A DNA stretch of 64,000 nucleotides from Candidatus Latescibacterota bacterium. Its GTDB lineage: Bacteria; Latescibacterota; UBA2968; UBA8231. This document shows positions 41,609 to 49,317 of this stretch, one piece after another. The stretch is from NCBI GenBank assembly GCA_965223905.1, contig CBDCXV010000010.1, positions 256,001-320,000 on the forward strand. Direction: 5' to 3'. The notes under the pieces are model-generated. The model had not been told where the DNA came from and searched no databases. It worked only from the letters and a program-made list of their open reading frames with translations. The number at the start of each line of letters is the position of its first letter. Position 1 is the first letter of the stretch. The position numbers and the translations under genes are program-made.

Positions 41609-42723
41609 ATGACTGCTGAAAACCGGATAGAACGGATGGAAGCGCGGATCCGGGAGGCAGGCGAGCTGGCTTCCGACTTCGCCCGCGATCCGCACCGGCC
41701 GGCCTGGCACTTCACGCCGCCGGCCGCCTGGATGAACGACATCAACGGCGCCCTCTACTGGAAGGGGCGCTACCACATCTTCTACCAGCTCAACCCGGAC
41801 GGGGCCTACTGGAACCGCATCCAGTGGGGGCACGCCTCGAGCGCCGACCTCGTGCACTGGGTCCACCATCCTGTGGCGCTGACGCCGGAAGCGGACGGAC
41901 CGGACCGCATCGGCTGCTTCAGCGGCGGCGCCCTGGTCGACAAGGAAGGAGTTCCGACGCTCATCTACTACGGCAACCCCGACGGCCTCTGCCTCGCCCG
42001 CAGCAGCGACGACCTGCTGCTCGAGTGGACGAAAGACCCGGGCAATCCCGTGATCCCCCAGCCGGAAGAAGGGAGCGCGGACTTCGGCCGCTACACCATC
42101 CACGACCCCTGCGGCTGGTTGGAGGGCGGCCTCTACTACGCCGCGGTCAACAGGCGTGACCCTCAAGGCCAGGGGGACGGGGCCTACCTGTTCAGATCGC
42201 GGGAACTGCGGAACTGGGAGTTCGCCGGCCTGTTCTACCAGTCCCGCCGGGAGTGGACGGAGGGAGGCGAGGACTGCGCCGTGCCCGACTTCTTCCCGCT
42301 CGGCAACCGGCACCTGCTGCTCTTCTGCAGCCACCTGCAGGGAACCCAGTACTACATCGGCGAGGTCCGGGAGGAACGGTTTTACCCGGACATCCACGGG
42401 CGCATGAGCTGGGAAGGGGGCCATCTCGGCGGGCCGCGGACCCTGCTCGACGCCCAAGGCCGGCGCGTCTTCTTCGACTGGATCCGCGAGCTGCGCGGCG
42501 TCGAGCGGGAGCGCGCTTCCGGATGGTCCGGCGTCATGACCGCCCCGCGGCTGTTGTCGCTGGATTCGGACGGTCACCTGCAGATCGAACCTGCACCGGA
42601 GCTCGAGGTATTGCGGCTGGATCAGGGCGGGCACGGGCCCGTTGACCTGGCCGCCGATTCCGAGGTGCCAGTGGAAGGGGTCGGCGGCGACTGCCTGGAG
42701 CTGGCAGTCGAGATCGATCCGCT
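41609..42723 (+). pseudogene. glycoside hydrolase family 32, N-terminal part (interrupted by IS)
   Basis: RPAWHF...WMNDING, HIFYQ, WGHASSADL.HW, FSGG, HDP, EDCAVPDFF; breaks at LAVEIDP. Confidence 0.92.
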
Positions 42724-42761
42724 GGTAGTCCCTCAGTTTGAAATATTCTATATTGAGAAGA

Positions 42762-42801
42762 GTGAGGTCCCCCCTGCAATACCATCCGGGGGGGACCTCA
42801 C
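42762..42801. repeat. 13-bp perfect inverted repeat in the IS left end
   Basis: GTGAGGTCCCCCC (42762-42774) / GGGGGGACCTCAC (42789-42801). Confidence 0.85.
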
Positions 42802-42804
42802 AGT

Positions 42805-42873
42805 GGGGCAGGCTTAGTGCGCCACCGGGCTTCCGATCCTGGCTAGGCGAGGGTTCGATTCCCTCCTGCTCCA
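42805..42873 (+). ncRNA. tRNA/tmRNA-like element lacking a D-arm
   Basis: Acceptor-like stem GGGGCAG/CTGCTCC+A; T-arm GAGGG-TTCGATT-CCCTC; central nested stems GCTTAG/CTAGGC and CCGGG/CCTGG. Confidence 0.6.
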
Positions 42874-42898
42874 CTTTCTCTTTTCCAAGAACGCCGTC

Positions 42899-43747
42899 AT
42901 GAACCGCCTGCTTCTAAAAAAGCGCGAGCTCATCCTGAAGTGCCTTGTGGACGGAATGTCCTTGCTGGCCACTTCGCGCATTGCCTGTGTCGCTGAAAAC
43001 ACCGTAGCGCGATTGCAGCTTCTCGCCGGCGAAGTCGCTTGCGACTTTCAGGACGAACATTTACGCAACCTCAAACTGGACAGCATCGAGCTCGACGAAA
43101 TCTGGTCGTTCGTGTACGTCAAACAGAAACGTCTCGAGCAGGCGAAGCGACCACCGGAAAACGCCGGCGACTCGTGGGTCTGGATAGCCATCGACCGAAA
43201 GACCAAGCTGGTCCCCTGCTGGTTAGTGGGCGGACGCTCACAGGAAGATGCCAATCTCTTCATCGAGGACCTCGCGCAACGGTTGTCAGGAGCTCCACAG
43301 CTGACCTCAGACGCCTACGCTCTCTACATCGAAGCTATCTATCGAGCCTTCGGTTCTCAAGTCGATTACGCCATGCTGAAGAAAGAGCACAAGCCCGACT
43401 CGCCTTCCCGCAAGACGCGCATCTCCGGCGATCCGGACGACGATCTCATTTCCACCTCGATTGCGGAACGGCAGAATCTTACCATGCGCATGTCGATGCG
43501 GCGCTTCACCCGGCGTACCAACGCTTTCTCGAAACGATTTCGCAATCACGCCTTTGCCGTCGCGCTCTACTACCTGAACTACAACTTCTGCCGTGTCCAT
43601 CAGACCATCGAAACCACTCCGGCCATCAAAGCCGGGGTGACGAATCGTCGTCTGTCTCTTCTGGAAGTGGCTCAGATGACGTTAGAAGCCGAGCCAAAAC
43701 CGAATCGTCCGAAACGGTATCGGAAACAGAATCGCGATTATCGATAG
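42899..43747 (+). CDS. IS1-family DDE transposase
   Basis: N-terminal HTH (LVDGMSLLATSRI), IELDEIWSFV, WVWIAID..TKLV, TSDAY..Y, STSIAERQNLTMR...RFTRRTNAFSK. Confidence 0.92.
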   Translation: MNRLLLKKRELILKCLVDGMSLLATSRIACVAENTVARLQLLAGEVACDFQDEHLRNLKLDSIELDEIWSFVYVKQKRLEQAKRPPENAGDSWVWIAIDRKTKLVPCWLVGGRSQEDANLFIEDLAQRLSGAPQLTSDAYALYIEAIYRAFGSQVDYAMLKKEHKPDSPSRKTRISGDPDDDLISTSIAERQNLTMRMSMRRFTRRTNAFSKRFRNHAFAVALYYLNYNFCRVHQTIETTPAIKAGVTNRRLSLLEVAQMTLEAEPKPNRPKRYRKQNRDYR

Positions 43748-43831
43748 CATCTCCGACAGCTTTGGCAAACTGGATCGGGTAATCTTGGCGACCGATGTTA
43801 TGCCGTTTTCCCAGCGAAATTCTTGCTTTCG

Positions 43832-44086
43832 TCATACTTCCTCCATTTGTTCGCGCAACTCCCTGCGAAGCTGAGGAATGGTGATGACCTTGGCGGCCAA
43901 ACTGGCGTTTTGTCCCTGCAAATCATCCAGCTGGGCATGCATCACCTGAAAACCTTCCCGCATTTCCTTTTCCAGCCGATCGAAGCGCTGGTCCATCTGC
44001 TCAAAACGCTTGAGCACCTTCTGATTGAACGCTTCCTGAGCATCGAAGCGCTTGAGCATCTCTTTCTGGAACTCTTCCTGGCTCAT
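43832..44086 (-). CDS. small coiled-coil protein (IS cargo, paralog 2)
   Basis: GAGGAATGCCGGA-ATG; MSQEEFQKEML...RFEQMDQRFD...LRRELRE. Confidence 0.8.
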   Translation of the reverse strand: MSQEEFQKEMLKRFDAQEAFNQKVLKRFEQMDQRFDRLEKEMREGFQVMHAQLDDLQGQNASLAAKVITIPQLRRELREQMEEV

Positions 44087-44114
44087 TCCGGCATTCCTCA
44101 CTTGATTCGAGGTT

Positions 44115-44381
44115 TCATGCTTCCTGGAGCTCCCGTTCGCGAAGTTCCCGGCGTAACGCCGGAACAGTCACTATAGTAGCAGCCAACCCGGCTAGCTGGG
44201 ACTGCATGTCATCCAGTTTTTCCTCGACGTGGTCGAAGCGCTTGTCCATTTGCTCGAAGCGCCGAAGAACTTCCTGATTGAACTCTTTCTGATCCTTCTG
44301 GAACTCCAACATCTGATTCTGGAACTCCAACATCTGATTCTGGAACTCCAACATCTGATTCTGGAACTTTTCCTGGTTCAT
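44115..44381 (-). CDS. small coiled-coil protein with heptad repeat (IS cargo, paralog 1)
   Basis: GAGGAATACCGGA-ATG overlapping the upstream stop (ATGA); MNQEK(FQNQMLE)x3...RFEQMDKRFD...LRRELRE. Confidence 0.8.
   Translation of the reverse strand: MNQEKFQNQMLEFQNQMLEFQNQMLEFQKDQKEFNQEVLRRFEQMDKRFDHVEEKLDDMQSQLAGLAATIVTVPALRRELRERELQEA
44296..44368. repeat. 21-bp tandem repeat, about 3.5 copies
   Basis: TTCTGGAACTCCAACATCTGA at 44296, 44317 and 44338, partial at 44359. Confidence 0.95.
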
Positions 44382-45634
44382 TCCGGTATTCCTCCACGTA
44401 AAGGATAGCGGCCAACACCGCAGCGCCAGCGAGGTTCGCCGGCCGTCACCTTGGCCGACCGAGGCGGAACCTGATAGGGTTCGGCTCGAGACACGTCCAC
44501 CTCGTATCCCAGATCCGCTAGCGCCTGAATCGTAATCAGGCTGAGAGGACGAATTTCGTCCGAGACGGCTCCGGACGTCATGATCTCGTTCCCCAGAACG
44601 TCTTCTCGCCAATGGGAGAAATAGTTTCCGTTCTCGACCGGCACTCCTTTTCTAGCCGCACGCGCCCTTTCGCGATACCATCCGCCTCCGGCTGACTCAA
44701 ACGCCGCTCTGCTCAAAATTCCCTTGAAGTAGGTGTCGGCATTCAGAGAACGATTGACCAAGCGCTCGTCCCACTCTTCTCCTCCCTGTAGCAGGATGTG
44801 ACCCAATTCATGGATCATCGTACGAAACACGTGAGAATCGGATTCAGAGCGAATAAACTCGGAATCCAGAACCACGAGGCCGTTGATGGCAACTCCGGAA
44901 GAAGATCGAAACCACAAAGTCTGAGCACTGCCGTTTACGCCGTACCCCAAATCAGCGGTAGTTGCATGAACGCGCACGTCGTCGATAAGATCATTTTCTA
45001 CAATCCTTCCAAACCACTGCTCGTGAGCACTGCCGGCCCACCAGGACATGTCGTCGGTATCCAATGTATGCCAGGCGAAATAATACCTGTCCTGGACATC
45101 GTTCGTAACGATCCGCTCCCACGTGACCGCGGCGCGCTCGAACAGCTCCCGATGGCGGTCGGTGAACTCGTTGCCTTCGGCGAACACGAGCTCGATGTCG
45201 AACAGTGAAGGTCTCAGGGGCAAACCGATCCCGTAGGGGTTGGACACACCGGAATCGGCCATCTCCGCCCAGACGTAGGCGCCCAGCAGTCCCAAGTCGA
45301 TCCATCCGGTGACTCCGTCCCGGTCGATGTCGAGCAAGTCCAGATCCAGAGGAACATGGTACCAAGGACTGGAGAGATGAATCCAGAGTCCCTCCACGTC
45401 GAAAATGTTCACCCACCCGTCCACGACCCCGTCTCCCAGAAGGCGTCCATCCACCGTCGCCTTGGGGCTGCCCCGCTCGCTAGACGGCCGCTGGATGGGC
45501 AACTCGATCCCCCGTTCAGCAAACCAGGTTCTCATTTCAGTGTACGCTTGCTCCCTGTCGGGCTCGTGTACCCGTGAGGGCGACTCACAGCCGGCCAGCA
45601 AGACCGACAACAGCAGGAGGATGGTGGCAATCAT
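44378..45634 (-). CDS. lipoprotein zinc metalloprotease, leishmanolysin/M8-like, with dockerin/EF-hand-like segment (IS cargo)
   Basis: LLAGC lipobox; DIDRDGVTGWIDL; HELGH...SHW.E....NEIMT...LSLITI.AL.DLGY. Confidence 0.82.
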   Translation of the reverse strand: MIATILLLLSVLLAGCESPSRVHEPDREQAYTEMRTWFAERGIELPIQRPSSERGSPKATVDGRLLGDGVVDGWVNIFDVEGLWIHLSSPWYHVPLDLDLLDIDRDGVTGWIDLGLLGAYVWAEMADSGVSNPYGIGLPLRPSLFDIELVFAEGNEFTDRHRELFERAAVTWERIVTNDVQDRYYFAWHTLDTDDMSWWAGSAHEQWFGRIVENDLIDDVRVHATTADLGYGVNGSAQTLWFRSSSGVAINGLVVLDSEFIRSESDSHVFRTMIHELGHILLQGGEEWDERLVNRSLNADTYFKGILSRAAFESAGGGWYRERARAARKGVPVENGNYFSHWREDVLGNEIMTSGAVSDEIRPLSLITIQALADLGYEVDVSRAEPYQVPPRSAKVTAGEPRWRCGVGRYPLRGGIPE

Positions 45635-45881
45635 CCTTGTCCCCTTCCCGTGTGTGCCCGAGAAGCCGGGCTGTGCCACCGTCCACAGCAGTCCGGGACG
45701 ATCCCGCTTATTTGCGAGACGCCAGGGTAATTACTCCCGGCGCCGGGATTTGATTCGCTGTTGTATTCAGCAGGAAACCCGGCGACACGCAGGGTCCGCT
45801 GTGAAACGGTGGCATCTGAGAACATACGCAAAATACCCACTTGACAATAGTTAGTGTCCTTTCTGTCTTTCTGCGCCTCTT

Positions 45882-46039
45882 GGACCGGTGACCCCCCCAC
45901 CACTGACAGGGCTACTCACCCTGGGCATTTCGAGAATCGACACCCCGTAGCACGAGGTGAGCAACGCAGAGGATGTCGATTTCTCTCCCTTGTGGGCCTT
46001 GTCAATCCCAGGTGTGCGGTGGTCACCGGCCCTCCTTTG
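45882..46039. ncRNA. candidate structured RNA, tandem unit 1
   Basis: Closing stem CCGGTGACC/GGTCACCGG with nested stems; homologous to unit 2 with compensatory changes; TTGACA at 45841 upstream on +. Confidence 0.5.
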
Positions 46040-46049
46040 ATGAACATTT

Positions 46050-46203
46050 GGGCCGGTGACCCAACCTGCCACCTGCCAAAGCTACTCGTCCGGGAAGAAT
46101 AGAATCGATACTCCGCAGCACGAGACGAGCAACGCAGAGCGTATCGACTTCCCTTCCTGTGAGCCTTGTCAATCCCAGGCAGGCGGTCACCGGCCCTCCT
46201 TTG
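46050..46203. ncRNA. candidate structured RNA, tandem unit 2
   Basis: Closing stem GGGCCGGTGACC/GGTCACCGGCCC; shares GAGCAACGCAGAG, GCCTTGTCAATCCCAGG and CCTCCTTTG blocks with unit 1. Confidence 0.5.
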
Positions 46204-46268
46204 CCGAAACCAGTGAGGAGATCGGTTTCGGCAAAAGACAGATCCAAATTTCAAACTGAGGCATTACC

Positions 46269-46688
46269 GATCCGCTGGAAGCGAAGGAGGTGGGACTGAA
46301 GGTGCTGCGCTCTCCTGGAGGCGAGGAGGAAACCGCAGTCTCCTGGGACGCCGAGGCAGCGGTGCTGCGGGTCGACCTCAGCCGGTCGTCCCTCGACCGG
46401 GAGATCCGCTACACCCGCTACCGAAGGCTTCAGCCGCACCTGACGGAGAGCGAGCAATACGTCACCGCCCAGGAGGGGCCGTTCGAGCTGCAACCAGGGG
46501 AGCTGCTGACCCTGCGAATCTTCCTCGACCGCTCGATCCTCGAGGTCTTCGCCAACCGCCGGCAATGCGTGACCCAGCGCATCTACCCGACGCGGCCCGA
46601 CAGCACCGGCGTCAGCCTGTTCGCGCGCGGGGGCGATGCCAGGGTGCGGTCGCTGCAGGCATGGACCCTGGCGCCGGCGCGGATGTGA
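46269..46688 (+). pseudogene. glycoside hydrolase family 32, C-terminal part
   Basis: [16 protein letters not shown]...[15 protein letters not shown]...TQRIYP, the GH32 C-terminal beta-sandwich. Confidence 0.92.
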
Positions 46689-46862
46689 TACCCTTTGGCG
46701 TGAGGCCATTTGTCTCGGGCGAAACACCCCTTCGCCAGCGCAGACCTGACTTTCCTTGCCGTAGGCAGGGCCACCTGGTTCGGCGGAGGCCCCGGCTCCA
46801 AGGGTCCAAGGGGCTCTCGGCCTGATCCCGCAGGACAACCAGATTACTTCAGGACAAACGGA

Positions 46863-49244
46863 TTACTTGAGGTAGAGCAGCCGCTGCGTCCGCACTCCGC
46901 CGGGGTACTGCAGCCGCGACAGGTAGACCCCAGCCGCCACCGGGGCCCCTCGCCGGTCGCGGGCGTCCCAGAAAACCCGGTGCCTGCCGGGAGCCTGGAC
47001 CTCGTCCACCAGCGTGCGCACCGGCTGCCCCAGGGTATTGTAGATCTCCAGCCGCACCGGACCGGGGGAAAGCAGGAACCAGGAGAGGACGGTCCGGCTG
47101 TTGAAGGGGTTGGGCGCGTTGGGGGTAAAGCGGCTGAGATCCGCGGGCTCCGCAGACGCCGTTTCTTTGGCTGCGTCCAGCAGCTCGACAGCCACAACCC
47201 GCGCGCTTTCCCCCGGGACCAGCTCCAGGATCTGGCGCCGGTTGCGGTTTAGGGGAATGCTACGCCAATGGCCCACTATCTCTCCATCCCAGCCGCCGGC
47301 ACGGACCTGGTAGAATCCGCTGACCCCGGCCCGGTCTCCGCTTGAAATAATCCGTTCGAATCGTCTGCTGTCGGTGGAAGGAGTCCAGTTTGTGACAGTA
47401 CTCCAGATGTACCGGGGGCGACGGCCGGAGATCATGCGGGAAAACTCCACAGCCTGTACTCGGTCGGAGATGGTGCCCTCGACTACCGTGCTGCTGATGT
47501 GCCTGTCCCGAACAATCACCGGCCTTCCAGACGCGCTTAACTGCTCGATCCGTTCCGAGGCGGGCGGGGGAAATTCAGAGGCTCCGTAACGGGTAATCGG
47601 AATGTCCCAATGGGTGACTCCAAACCGAAGGATCGTGCCTCCTTCCAGGCCGACGACGGGTATGATATCCGAATCATCGTAGCGTCTCTTTTCGCCTCCG
47701 CTACACTCGAAATTCAGGATGCCAATATTTGGACGATGGTTGACCTGACCCAGGTCCGGATTGAAAACGATAACCGGATCAACCGTCTTCGCGTCACTGA
47801 AAAAGAAGGTTGTGAGTCGCGTCAGGTAGGAACGTTCGGTTATCGCTTGTTTTGCCCTGGCATTCGGCTCCCGGATGTAGGTTACCCAGTCGTCGACAAA
47901 TCCCGAAAAATTGAACCATCCGTTTTCGTAATGATCCTCGAAATCATTTGGAAAGCTATAAAATTGGGACTCCGCATACGAGTAAAACCTTTCCTCGCGG
48001 CCGGTATAATTGCGTTTTATCTCTTCGAGCACGGATTCGGGAATGGGTATATGTTCCCTGAGCAATTGAAGAAATTGCAGATCCATCTTCGAACGGAGAT
48101 TGTCCCAGGAATGCCGGGGTATTATTCCACTATTCCAGAGGTCAAACATGAAAGAATCAAGGTTTTCCGGGTCGCGCAGCGACTCGATATCCACCTCCGG
48201 ATTCCCTAGTTCGGTTGAGGCTACTCCTTCCACCGCGTACTCGGTGCCGAATGCAGGTTGGCCCGCCTCTGCGATCGCGTCGGAAAAAACCTGGTAGTAG
48301 TTCCTGGGACGCTCAGGACGGAATATGCCATATGTGTCCATCCAATTCAGCCGCGCCTTGTTCAGGTGAACATGCAGGTAGTTGTCCGGTATCGCCCTGG
48401 TTTCCGCAGCGATCCAGGCGGTCAGTTTCAGTGTGGTAACTTGTGCACTCCCCGCCGACTTCAGGGGTATGGTGATCCTGTCCCCCGCAAAAGTGAAGGC
48501 CAACGGTTGAATCTGGTTCACCCCTTTCAGGTGACTCAGATATGCCGGTGGCGCCACTTCCACCGCCAGGATGGCATGGCCTTCATCGAGATAGGATTGC
48601 ACTACCTCCGCATCCATCGCTCCCGGCAGGTAACCTCGCTCCAGGGCCCAGTCGGCAATCTCCGCGTGCATCGATGAGGGTGATAGCTTGCGTCTCCCAT
48701 TCTACAGTGGACCCCAGGTCTATGGTCTCGCAGGTACGAATGCCACACGGCCACCTGTCAGCAATCGGGAAAAAAACCCATCAGCGGCGGAGAGACATGT
48801 TTGATTGCGCTCGTTTTCAAAGGTCGGCTCGGGAAAGTCCGGGACATATCCGAACCATTCCCCTCCGAACATTCTCTCCAAAAACCCGGGAGTAATCTCC
48901 TCTTCAGGATACCAGAATTCAGGAAACAAGTAGAAGCTGGGCAGTGTCCTTTCATTCATCCGCTGGAAAATGTCGTTATGACTGAGTTCAAGCTTCGAGC
49001 TGGATGGCACAGGTACTAGCCAGACAAAATCCCGCAATGGCCCGTCGAAATACCCTTTCAGATGAACCGTCGTGCTGTCCTCACCGACGATGAACAAGGC
49101 CTGGATCTCGCTCAGATCCACCGAAGGACCGCCAGCCCCCTTGAGCAAAACAGCAATGGAATGAGCCGGTGAAGCCGGCCAGATAGCAGAAGCGGCCAGG
49201 AGAACCGGCATGACAAGCGCGTTGAGTATCCGGGGCTGTTTCAT
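46863..49244 (-). CDS. secreted DUF2330-domain protein with FlgD-Ig-type C-terminal domain (frameshifted near 48670-48800)
   Basis: Signal peptide; YFDG..RDFVWLVPVPS, DWALERGY, IQPLAFTF...TIPLK, YLTRL; C-terminal NAPNPFNS...RLLYLK. Confidence 0.78.
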
Positions 49245-49317
49245 CAGGGGATTTCCTTTCCCTTATAGGGAAATCCCTTCCCGAGTGGAGTGAAATGCTG
49301 TAGCGGTAGGTCTTCTG

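Larger units (their letters stand above)
42724..46268 (+). mobile_element. IS1-family transposon with passenger genes (3545 bp)
   Basis: TIRs GGTAGTCCCTCAGTTTGAAAT (42724-42744) and revcomp GGTAATGCCTCAGTTTGAAAT (46248-46268), 19/21 identical; 8-bp TSD GATCCGCT at 42716-42723 and 46269-46276; removal restores the GH32 frame. Confidence 0.95.

Noticed and set aside
42805-42873. Canonical tRNA-Gly(TCC) or tRNA-Ala gene
   Set aside because: No D-arm or conserved D-loop GG and an irregular anticodon arm; kept only as a tRNA-like element
44296-44368. 21-bp repeats as a CRISPR array
   Set aside because: No spacers; they are in-frame coding heptad repeats
46200-46235. 12-bp hairpin as an intrinsic terminator
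   Set aside because: No U-tract follows it on either strand
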